Made by a program: the position numbers and the translations under genes
Origin: Octopus sinensis
Taxonomy: Eukaryota
Direction: 5' to 3'
NCBI RefSeq assembly: GCF_006345805.1
Contig: NC_043002.1
Location: 5,084,001 to 5,148,000, forward strand
DNA length: 64,000 nucleotides
The notes under the pieces: model-generated
What the model saw: the letters and a program-made list of their open reading frames with translations, nothing else
The model's database searches: none
Told to the model about the DNA's origin: nothing
Shown: one piece after another, positions 26,683 to 38,872 of the stretch
Numbering within the stretch: position 1 is the first letter of the stretch
How the letters are laid out: each line of letters begins with the position of its first letter

Positions 26683-28725
26683 TACAGGGTAAATGTTTTT
26701 TAAATTTTCTCCTGTTTACGGAATTGACTTTTATTTGCGGTTGAAGCTTTGGCTGTTATTTCTAGTGGGTGAATGGCCTATTATGGCCGTTCCTTGATTG
26801 TTGATATATATATATATATATATATATATAGGTGGATTTGTATACTTATTGCACTCACAATGTATTGGTTAAGTCAGACTTATAGTAGAAGACACTTTCA
26901 CAATGAGCTGTGTCATGGGGATCGAACCAGGAACCATACGGATTCGAAGCGAACGTCGTATCTATACAGCAATACGTAAGCATATATATATATATATATA
27001 CATACACCTATTTTTATGTATTTCCATTCAGTTTACATATCTGCTTATAAACACACACACACACTCACACACACACACAAACACACACATACACACACAC
27101 ACACACACACAAACACACACATACACCCCCTCTACACACACACAAACACACAAACACACACATACACACACACACATACAAACACACACACACAAACACC
27201 CACCCACACACAAACACCCACACACCCACACACGCACACACACACAAACACCCACCCACACACAAACACACACACACAAACACATACCCACACACAAACA
27301 CACACACACACACAAACACACACCCACACACAAACACACACACACAAACACACACACACGCGCGCACATGATTAATGTTCCTATTGAACAAATGCTAAAT
27401 TGGATATTGCTGCCTAGTTTAGTATCTTCTTACACCACTTAAGTTACACACACACACATACACACACATGTACGCACACACACACACGCACACACATACA
27501 CACACACACGCACGCACACACGTACACACGCGTACATGAACGCGTGGGCACGTGTAATGAAATCCTCGGTCTCTATGGACAACAGAGGTATTGAATGGTG
27601 GTTGCCGTGTATTTATCTACGAACTCTTCGGAATGTAAATATAGACACCACGCCTGAGACACACAGAGATAGGTACTCACACGCTGTGTACAGACGGACA
27701 CACACACGCACGCACACACAGATACGTACTCATACGGTGCGTATACATACACACACACACATATACATACATATACGTATATTGTTTGTATCTATATATG
27801 TGTGTATATGAAGGTGTGCGCGCGCGTTTACTATAATATTGCATGAGACAAGAAGGGAGTACTTGATACAAAACAGAGTGAAAATTCATAGAGTTTTCAG
27901 GACCAGTAACGTTGTTAGTCAGAGTTTTATCAAGCAGTTTCAACGGGACCGCCATCTGTCATTAATGACCATGGACGAAGTCTGTCCGACTGGAATAGGG
28001 TTGTCTGTGGTTGAACAGGCCGATGCCTGGTCTGTCTTCTCACTATAGTGTGTTCGGTTGAACCCAAGCCGGATCAGTTATGTACGGGGGGACAGGTTGT
28101 TGCCCGTGCCGCATGTTCTTTCCCCCTCAACGTCGCTGATGGATTCAAAGGAACAGCATGCTCGTTACAATTTGGCACAGGTGTCATCGCATAAAACTTT
28201 CAGAACGATTCTGTGAACAACGTCGAATTACTTCAGAGGCTCCGACTATCGATTTTTACTCAGGGTTTTACTCCCCACCCCAGCCCACCCCCACCTCCGA
28301 ATCCTCTCCAATAGCCGGGTAATGTAGCACAGATTTGGAATTGTGGTTTTCCTTTCCCTAAACGGATTGTCCCCACTCAGGCCATTGGACTGCACCTGCT
28401 TGACTGGACTTGCTAATTAACTCATAACTGCGACCCTGACAAGTGCTACTACTCTGGGTCAGAGTAGACCTAGGAACAATAATGGCCAAGAAGGGGGTTC
28501 CACGCTCCTCAAAACACTGGAACTCTTGAACCACGGTTTCATTACCGGGAGAAGTTTAAAGTCATTTCCAGGAAATGTTTGTGAGAGTTGGCAATTTTAA
28601 CCCATAAAACCATCCAACAACCAAAATATACACATGCATAGTGTTTTATGTAACAATTTTCGGTGTGTTTATTTCTTGACATGTGCAAAATATGTAGCAG
28701 AGTAATTTGCACACGCACACACACA

Positions 28726-28777
<52 letters not shown>

Positions 28778-28839
28778 TACACACACACACAAACACACAC
28801 ACACACACACACAACATATATATAGGGAGAGTTTACGAA

Positions 28840-28990
28840 AAAAGCAAAAGACGAAGACAGGCGGTGTTCAAAACAAACAGATGTATTAGTATAACGCTCA
28901 GGAATAGAAAAAGTCTTTTATGTTTCGAGCCTACGCTTTTCCACAGAAAGGGACACAGAAAAAACAAGAAGAGAAACAAGGAGAAAAAAA
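28840..28990 (-). mobile_element. Penelope-like terminal remnant with a degenerate hammerhead-like motif
   Basis: CTGTGGA-A-AAGC gtag GCTC-GAAAC-ATA at 28946-28919; the core deviates at position 6. Confidence 0.4.
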
Positions 28991-29828
28991 AAGGATATAT
29001 ATATACACACCGATCCCCCCCCCCACACGTCATAGATGTTTCTGGTTATATTCGGCCCTTAACTTCATAACTTCGTTGCTTACAAAACAATAAATAAATC
29101 CCATTAATTAACCGGTGTTAATTCAAATGATATATACTCTTGTGTTCAGAAAAGAAAATGCACATTAGCGCAGAAAAGTCAATTTAAATACACCATCTTT
29201 GGTAGGTCATTAGAGAGTTACCACAGACTTCGCATTCGTGTCATTTATCGAAAACAAAGATTATTAAGCTTATTGTTGTTGTAGCTGTTTAGCACCACGA
29301 CGGTTCTGATAGATCAAAGATCGATGATGAAAAGCGTTCAAACCATTACTTGTTCTTTTTCTAAACCAGATATAAAGTGTCTAGGACTACTTTATTCAAC
29401 GTGTCCTTTCTCTTTTATAAATAATTTGATGGAGATTTGGCTGCTATTTCTAACAGATCGAACGACTACATTTTCTTGCTGGTTTACTTATATATTTCTA
29501 TTCATTGAAAGTATCCCAAGGTAGTATGAGAACAAGCCTTCGTTTTCCTACTGTGTAATTATTTTGATAGACGAGGTATCATCAGCCTCCGACTAGCTGA
29601 AGCTTAGTATGTCTCGTCATGTACATACCGAAACAAAATACCTATTTATGTAAAATACATTTAAATACCTGACAGTTTCGTAGTAAAATTTGTTGACCTA
29701 TATTCTCTCAACGTTATGAGAAACGTTAGAAAGAAACTTATAGTTTCAATAGACATGCACTCAAAGCCATTTTATTTACGCTTATACCACCTTAGTTTCC
29801 AGGTGCATGGTATCTAGAACTCTAGAAA

Positions 29829-30060
29829 GGCGGCGAGCTGGCAGAAACGTTAGCACGCCGGGCGAAATGCGTAGCCGTATTTCGTCTGCCGTTACGTTCT
29901 GAGTTCAAATTCCGCCCAGGTCGACTGTGCCTTTCATCCTTTCGGGATCAATAAATTAAGTACCAGTCACGCACTGGGGTCGATATAACCGACTTAATAC
30001 CTATGTCTGTCCTTGTTTGTCCCCCTCTATGTTTAGTCCCTTGTGGGTAGTAAAGAAATA
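29829..30060 (+). mobile_element. SINE family A (tRNA head, Meta/MESC-like core), full length, 19-bp TSD
   Basis: ggcggcgagctggcag...gcctttcatcctttcggg.tcgataaattaagtaccag...gtaaagaaata; TSD ggtatctagaactctagaa at 29809-27 and 30061-79. Confidence 0.9.
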
Positions 30061-30263
30061 GGTATCTAGAACTCTAGAACTACACTATTCAGCGTGTCAT
30101 TGGTATTTTTAATACAGTACACGTAATCTGAGGGAGATTTGACAACTACTTCCTGTAGGTAGAATGTATGAACTAGCTGAAGTTATAACTCCAGGTGTGC
30201 CCTGCTTAAGCAGATATACGAACAAAGGGGTCTCATTTGTGACCAACATGTCTTTTTAGATAC

Positions 30264-30422
30264 CATTGGCTATATCGTTTAATGCGTCCTTCTTCAACGT
30301 AGTCGGTGGAGTGTAACTTGAAGAGGATTTGGCAGGTGTCTCGCGCAATTCGAGACCACAAGCGGACATGATCAGCTCCATCGAGAATAACAAATAATTC
30401 AGTTTAAAGACTGTATGGCTCA
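30264..30422 (-). CDS. Upstream exon of the quiver-like gene: signal-peptide core plus Ser/Thr/Pro-rich linker
   Basis: Acceptor gagctcttcag|TG, donor AATG|gtatct, 159 nt, phase 1-1. Translates SHTVFKLNYLLFSMELIMSACGLELRETPAKSSSSYTPPTTLKKDALNDIAN(G), in frame with the 13163 exon. Hydrophobic stretch followed by SACG resembles a cleavage site. Confidence 0.7.
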
Positions 30423-30494
30423 CTGAAGAGCTCACAAACAAAACAAATAATATATAATGTTGGACACACACACGCGCGCGTCTCTTTCTCTCTC

Positions 30495-30533
<39 letters not shown>

Positions 30534-30693
30534 ACACACACAGTATATACCAAAGTGCATATGAAATTAAACATTGATTGTGTATTAACATTGCTTTTAT
30601 TACCCAAGAATCGGTAAAGCGTGAAACTTAGAGAGTAAGTTAGTGAAGTTTCAGGATAAAATTCGTGATATTACTCTACTTCATGATATCTAT

Positions 30694-30746
<53 letters not shown>

Positions 30747-31024
30747 ACATACATTAACATATATACATATATATTATATACATATATATTACACAACACC
30801 ACACCACACACACACATATATATATAATATATTATACATAAATATATAGGTTATATATTGGACATATATATTGTTTATATATATATAGATTAGTAAATAT
30901 ATTTACCTACGTAAACATATATACGTATATGTATAGATAATACATGTATACTGTTTATACACACCGCACACATATATGAATATAGAATAGATTGATAGAT
31001 AAATAGACAGACAGATAGACAGAC

Positions 31025-31087
<63 letters not shown>

Positions 31088-31089
31088 CA

Positions 31090-31124
<35 letters not shown>

Positions 31125-31172
31125 TATAGATAAGATAGATTAGATAGATAGGATATATAGACAGACAGATAT

Positions 31173-32170
31173 TTTCTTTATTAGCCACACAGGGCTGCAC
31201 ACAGATATAACAAATTACAAGGTAGAGCTTTTCTTTTGAAGGTTTAAAAAAAAAAAAAAAAAAAAAAAGGAAGGGGAGGTCGATCAAAAGGGTCGTAAAA
31301 GGAGAGAAAGAGTCAAAAAATAAGGGGGGTTAAAAAAAAAAAAAAAAAAAAGGGGGGGAGATGAAAAAAAATGATCAATAGGGATCGTTATCACAAAAAT
31401 GTCATATGAAGTGGTAAAGGGGAGGACAGTGAGGTTTACCCGTGGAAAGGAAAGCCTGCGGAAAAGACCACGTAACCTCGGTCAATGAAGTCACATTTTA
31501 TATTTCTTTTTTTTTTTGTTTTTTGCAAATAAGCAACTCTCTTTTTCGATTTCTGGGTTCTAGGACTTGCTCAAGGTGGCTTCGTCATTTCATTTGCCAT
31601 TCTTGCTACATTTCACCCATCTTTTTTTTAAAACATTCGCTAGACCAAACTTGCCTCTCTACTCTCACTTTCCTTTTCAAGTGGTATTGAAGAATTGATG
31701 AGAGATTGACCAGAGAGGAAAGTGTTTGTCTCCAATCCTTTCAGACGCGTCACCAGATACCTTCTTTCGCCATAGCCACAGGATGATGAAAATAGCTCTT
31801 CCGTCCGTTTTGAATAAGGAGGCGTGACAAATTGACGATAGACTCAGCTGATAAACGACTCGTCCCACACGTGACAGCAGTTTTTCGACATATCCCACAG
31901 TCGGAATTGTGGACATGAACGAGTGCGTGCAGAACGGTTTCGTCGCCTGACCGCATCTCGGGCAGGTCGGCCCCGTGTTCTCGAGCCGTGTCTGTAAGCT
32001 TACCCGACCGGGTAGCGCTTCTCGGTACACTGCCAGGCCAGGGATCTCTGGAAGTTGTCCATGGGCCCTGGCCCGAAGTCGTCCCGAACAGGCGGGTCAG
32101 GTATCCTCGTCGACGTCCAGGTTCGCCCCGAGCTCGTCGTCGTACCTCCCCTCCACTTAACCCCTATAGA
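31173..32170 (-). mobile_element. Tx1/L1-clade LINE, copy 3, inverted, flanked on both sides by (GATA)n
   Basis: Reverse complement of copies 1/2 from ctataggggt to aataaagaaa; arrays at ~30985-31170 and ~32166-32250. Confidence 0.85.
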
Positions 32171-32179
32171 TAGACAGAC

Positions 32180-32251
<72 letters not shown>

Positions 32252-32253
<2 letters not shown>

Positions 32254-33665
32254 ACTTTTGAGCAAAATGTGCTACAAGATAGGGTCTATCTGTCAAAAAG
32301 ATGGCTCCATCACAGGAAGCCCAATGAGGGTATGTGAAATACTGAATAAATAGTTCCAAAGTGTTTTTACAACCTCTTTAGGATAGAGGCAAGTGACAAA
32401 AACCAGCGGTGTTCTTTGCCATTCCATCTGTAACGAAGGAGGCCATAACAACCAGTTGCATCGATCATTAAAGGCATAATATTGGCCGTAGATGAAGTAG
32501 ACGCAAACTCAGCTGCTGGCCCTGATGGATTCCCAACAACTCATCTCAAATCATGCATAACCAATGTAGCTTCTTTTTCAGAGCTTTCTTGCAAATGGTA
32601 AACTCACAGGCAATCAGACGGCGAGCTGGAGGAAACGTTAGCACGTTGGGCGAAATGCTTAGCGGTATTTCGTCTGCCGCTACGTTCTGAGTTCAAATTC
32701 CGCCGAGGTCGACTTTGCCTTTCATCCTTTCAGGGTCGATTAGATATGTACCAGTTACGCACTGGGGTCGATGTAATCGACTTAATCCGTTTGTCTGTCC
32801 TTGTTTGTCCCCTGTGTGTTTAACCCCCTGTGCGTAGTAAAGAAATAGGTAAACTCACAGGCAATTTGAAAGTAGGAATAATATGCCCTGTCCATAAAGG
32901 AGGAAGCAAAGCTGATACTAAATATTATAGGCATATTTCTCTGACATCACACATCGGTAAAGTCATGGAACGAATAGACCGAAAGAAACTAATTGCGCTC
33001 TTTGAAGAGAATGATTTGTTGACTGACACCTTGCATGTTTTTTGGCCAGGTAGAAACTACCTGACACGACTCTTACGGTGTTAAAGTAGCTGCTCAACAA
33101 CTCAAATGTAAATGGAATATCTCGACTTTGCAATAAAGTTGACCATGGTATATGACACAAGCAGTGTGATCTCAACATGGTCGGAAATCTTGGAGAGTAT
33201 CTACACAACTTTTTAAAAGACAGAAATCAGGCAGTGCTGACCAATGGAGCTATATCAAAGGAAACACAAATACTGAATGGTGCACCAAACTTTGGCATTG
33301 AAAGTTGCACAAACAACAGAACTGGGCACCACAGTATAGTGTCGAAGATCCCAACATTGTCATCAAGATACAGGACCAGGTACTGCAACGGCTTAGGTTT
33401 CACCTCTTCAATATTCTTCCAAAAAGCTTGAGGTGAATGAATGTAGGCTTTTTTAAAAAACAAAACTGGATCTCCTCTTTCTAAGTGTTCCGGATGAGCC
33501 TACCTCACAGCAAAAAACCCAAATGAGGGCAGCAGCATCGAACTCTATCGTTCACTAAATGCCACATAACAGAAGAGGTTTCAAATAGTGAAAATGGAGA
33601 GAAGTTAACGGCAGTGCCCCAGCATGGTCGCAACTCTCGAGCTGAAACTAGTTAAAGAGTTAAGG
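32252..33665 (+). mobile_element. Rearranged CR1-like LINE fragment (RT region + 3' end), interrupted by a SINE at 32615-32847
   Basis: AAGPDGFP, ICPVHKGGSKADTKYYRHISLTSHIGKVMERI and the 3' ...VPDEP...MRAAASNS motif, ending gtgccccagcatggtcgcaactctcgagctgaaac. Confidence 0.8.
32615..32847 (+). mobile_element. SINE family A inserted in a CR1 fragment, 18-bp TSD
   Basis: TSD ggtaaactcacaggcaat at 32597-32614 and 32848-32865. Confidence 0.9.
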
Positions 33666-34217
33666 GATTAAAGGGCACACACACACACCACACACACACA
33701 CACACATGAAATAAAACCGCTTTTCTTATGGTCATTATGTATTTTAGATTGAAAAAGAAAAACTGTTCTGTGGCTCATTTTTATTATGATTATTATTTCA
33801 TGAAAACAGCTACCAAGCGTAAAATCCTCATGTAATCCACAGTAATTAGGTAGCGCTATTGATGTTGAGAAATATCGATTAGTTTATTAATGATAACAAC
33901 AAACACGGGATGCTTATCGATCTGTCTTCTTAATGTCCACTCGGCCAATATGCGAACCATAGAAACCTTAGCACCGCATATCCTTTTCCTGATTGGATTC
34001 TTATTGCAAAGCTCTTTTCAAATTTAGTTTTTATTTATATTTTTATTTTATTATTTTATATTTTATTTCATTTTTTTTTTTACTTTCTTCTTTGGACTGT
34101 TTTGTGAAAGATTTGTTTAGCACCGGGGCAGTTAGTTGTAATAATTAACTTTTAGAAAACCGTGCGAGTGGTCGAGACACGGATCTGTGTGTGTGTGTGG
34201 TGTGTGTGTGTGGTGTG

Positions 34218-34248
<31 letters not shown>

Positions 34249-34329
34249 TGTGTGTGGTGTGTGCGTGCATGCATACATAAACGTACATACACATACACGC
34301 ACACACAGAGATACACACACAACACCAAG

Positions 34330-34395
<66 letters not shown>

Positions 34396-34439
34396 GTATA
34401 CATATACATACATATCTTTATATCTATATCTATATAATA

Positions 34440-34505
34440 TATATATATATCTATATACATATACATACACACACACACATCCATATATATTTTCACACGC
34501 GCACA

Positions 34506-34572
<67 letters not shown>

Positions 34573-35450
34573 ATATATAATATATATTATATAATATATA
34601 TAATATATATATATATAATATATATATATATACACCAGTTCAGTTAGTTAATCGCGGCCGTGCTGGAGCATCGCCTTCGGTTTTATTTTCATATTTCTAA
34701 AGCCCTTTTTATCGACTCCAGTAACTCTTTCTGGCAAGATATAATTTATCGATTTTTTTTCCTTTATCGAATGGTTATTTACCTTTAGAAGTAACAGAAC
34801 GCAACTCGAAACACCCTTTTTACACCTGTACACCTAGGTATACACGCATAAACACACAACACCCGACTGCATGCATGTGAACGCATACCCGACACTCACA
34901 CCCATGCACGAATGCGCACACACAAAGATTATTATTTCAACGTGAGTCTATGAATAAAGTTACTGAATATTTATGGATATGAAGAGTCAACACTAAAAGG
35001 GAGTCAAAAATTAATATTTATTTTGTTTTGACTGTTTTCAATTCCCTTTTGACGGCTTATTTAATCAGTCTGGTTAAGTAATTGTATAAGTGTACGTGTA
35101 TGTGTGTGTGTGCATGCATATGAGTGATATATGAAGGCATCTAAGTGTACGTCACTCTGTGTTCGTACTCACACACATATATAATATATATAATCACAAC
35201 ACATAATATGCATATGTATATATATGTACATACATATGCCTATGTATATACAAATATTATATACTTGCATATATGCATACATATATATACACACATATAT
35301 ACATATATATATATATGTATACATATACATACATATCTTTATATCTATATCTATCTATATATATATATATATCTATATACATATACATACACACACACAC
35401 ATCCATATATATATTTTCACACGCGCACAAACATATATATATTATATATA

Positions 35451-35498
<48 letters not shown>

Positions 35499-36249
35499 AT
35501 ATATTATATATATATATATATTATATATATTATAAATATATATATATATACACCAGTTTCAGTTAGTTAATCGCGGCCGTGCTGGAGCATCGCCTTCGGT
35601 TTTATTTTCATATTTCTAAAGCCCTTTTTATCGACTCCAGTAACTCTTTCTGGCAAGATATAATTTATCGATTTTTTTTCCTTTATCGAATGGTTATTTA
35701 CCTTTAGAAGTAACAGAACGCAACTCGAAACACCCTTTTTACACCTGTACACCTAGGTATACACGCATAAACACACAACACCCGACTGCATGCATGTGAA
35801 CGCATACCCGACACTCACACCCATGCACGAATGCGCACACACAAAGATTATTATTTCAACGTGAGTCTATGAATAAAGTTACTGAATATTTATGGATATG
35901 AAGAGTCAACACTAAAAGGGAGTCAAAAATTAATATTTATTTTGTTTTGACTGTTTTCAATTCCCTTTTGACGGCTTATTTAATCAGTCTGGTTAAGTAA
36001 TTTGTATAAGTGTACGTGTATGTGTGTGTGTGCATGCTATATGAGTGATATATGAAGGCATCTAAGTGTACGTCACTCTGTGTTCGTACTCACACACATA
36101 TATAATATATATAATCACACACATACATATGCATATGTATATATATATGTACATACATATGCCTATGTATATACAAATATTATATACTTGCATATATGCA
36201 TACATATATATACACACATATATACATATATATATATATGTATGTATAT

Positions 36250-36299
<50 letters not shown>

Positions 36300-36300
36300 G
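34440..36300. repeat. Near-identical tandem duplication, period ~920 bp
   Basis: The block ccagtt(t)cagttagttaatcgcggcc...gtacgtcactctgtgttcg at ~34633 recurs at ~35551; differences are mostly 1-bp indels. Confidence 0.9.
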
Positions 36301-36556
36301 AAATATATATATATGTTTATATATACACACACACGCACACACACGCACACACACACACACACCACACACATATATATATATTATATATATATACATATAT
36401 ACACCAGAGTAAGTACATAAATGTGAAACAGGGTGGAAAAAATAGTATTCGAATGCTGGAGGTAGGGTAATATGCTTTATTAATAAAATACACACACACA
36501 CACACACGTATATATATATATACACGTATATATATATACACGTACATATATATATA

Positions 36557-36593
<37 letters not shown>

Positions 36594-36599
<6 letters not shown>

Positions 36600-36877
36600 A
36601 CCGACCAGACCATCAGATGTTGCTACACATCGCTGGTCACAATGCGTTCGCATTGTTTTAGCCTTCGAATGACGCCACCCCGCTGGCTAAGCGAGCAGGC
36701 CAACAGAAGAAACAGAGAAAGAGTGGTGAAGGAGTACAGCAGGGATGAGCACCCCCTGCTGGAGCCTCGTGGAGCTTTTAGGTGTTTTCGCTCAATAAAC
36801 ACACACAACGCTGGGAATCGAAACCGCGATCCTACGACCGCGAGCCGCTGTCCTAACCACTAGGCCATTGCGCCTCC
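36594..36877 (-). mobile_element. SINE family C, third 3' module
   Basis: Full head; tail ...gcattgtgaccagcgatgtgtagcaacatctgatggtctggtcggtcacgtga. Confidence 0.8.
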
Positions 36878-37199
36878 ATATATATATATATATATATATC
36901 TATATATATATATATATATATTATATTATATATTATTATATATATATTATATATATATATATATATTATTATATATATATATATATATTATATATATATA
37001 TATATACATATTATATATATTATATATATATAGAGTATATTTATATATATATATATATATATACATATTTATATATATATATATATATATACATACTATA
37101 TATAACATTCATAAATATATATATGTATATTATATATATATATCTATATTATATATATATACATACATACATATACATACATACATATACATACATACA

Positions 37200-37236
<37 letters not shown>

Positions 37237-38872
37237 TATATATATATATATATGTATGTATATATCTACATGCCACACTATATATGAATTGCTTCTACAC
37301 CGTTTTCGTTAACCAAATTTTGCTTTCAAAGTATTGACCAGCCAGAGGCTTCAACAACAGATGTGTCCAAGCTGAATAGAACTCGGATCGAACTTGAGTC
37401 AGAGTATATCTGGGAACAATAATGCCGAAGGGGCAGTTCTACACTATTCGAAACCATGTAACTCCCTAACCAGTCCCCACTATTGGATGCAGTTTAAACT
37501 CATACCGAAGATATGCATAGACACACACACACAAACACACACCCACACACACACACATACACACGTACATTAGATTATGTACCAGCAAATTTGCACAAAA
37601 GCCTAGAAATACTCGGTTTTATGGATAAAGAGCAAAAGAAACTGACGCTGAGGCTTCAAATCCAATCTGTAAGTGGCACAGTGAAGATTTGTAAGACATT
37701 CCAAAAATTCTCCATCTAAGATTCTTATGTGAATAGATGCACGAAAACAATTGGATGTACGCATCGACATTCAACCAACACATCAACTCAACTACGAATT
37801 TACAAACACCGGGAACTCTCTTAACTCAAAGAATCTTGTCGCTTTGTTTGCAACCGGCTTGAACTGTCTCAAGAACTCAAATTAAACTCAAAGAAAAATC
37901 ATACTACATTCGTACATATCGTTTGCTTAAATCAAGACTGCTTTTGTGGTTTGTGGCTACATGAATTGATAGATGTATGTTGTGTATATGTATGTGAGTT
38001 TGTGTTTGTGGATAAACTTGCACGTGTGTGTGTGTGTCACAATAGAACACAAGTATGTATTTATTACTGTTTATATGTGCGCGTGCATATGTATTAAATA
38101 TGTGTATGTGTGTATATGTGTGTATATGTTCACTGAGAAACAAAAATGGAGGGTTAATATGCCAAAGATACGGTGCACCTATGACACATGTGTTGAAGGT
38201 CCAAGTAAAGAAAGCAGGGAGTGATTTGAGGGAGATTTGGCTGCTATTTCTAACGAGTCGAATGATTGCCTTAATCCTGCTCCCTTATTGGTTCACTGTT
38301 GGCTTGTTGCCCAGTTCTTTATCAAATTGCTCATCCGCTTATTCTCTCTCTCCTCCTCCTCCCACCCTGTTTTTCGCTCAATCCCTCTCTTTGCCACTGT
38401 CTTTATTTCATCACTAGCACCTCCAACTCCCTCGTACATACCGAAACACATGAAAGCGAAACGTATTTGTGATAATGTCCAAAAAATTAGAACAGGGTTT
38501 ATCAATTAATCTCAGTAACATAGTTTATTTTGATCGGGATCTTTGACCTCAATAAACGCTTCACTGAACAATAATGCCAATCTTAAGTCATTAACCTGAA
38601 TAATGAATATAGATTTAATGCACGCTTCAGCGAACAATCTGATGAACCACTAAAAGCACTAAATATTGAAAGTGATATGTACTTGGGAGTCGATTATGTT
38701 GTTGGTACTGTTGTTGCGGTCGTTGTTGTTTAGTCACCTCTACACCGGAGTAAACCTATGATCAAGGTCTTTTCGAACACAACCGTTGCAGTTTAGCTAC
38801 AGCTGATCCCTGATTAAGATGACCTATGATCAAAGTCATTTTCGGCTATAACGGTATATCTGTTTAGCTACA

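Larger units (their letters stand above)
25502..26805. mobile_element. ~510-bp tandem + inverted repeat carrying type I hammerhead ribozymes (non-LTR retrozyme-like or Penelope pseudo-LTR)
   Basis: Unit 1 spans ~25502-26010 and partial unit 2 ~26011-26357. An inverted copy of ~25613-26055 occupies ~26358-26805. Each unit starts with a GGTGGC(A)n...(T)nGCCACC hairpin and contains a full hammerhead fold. Confidence 0.75.
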
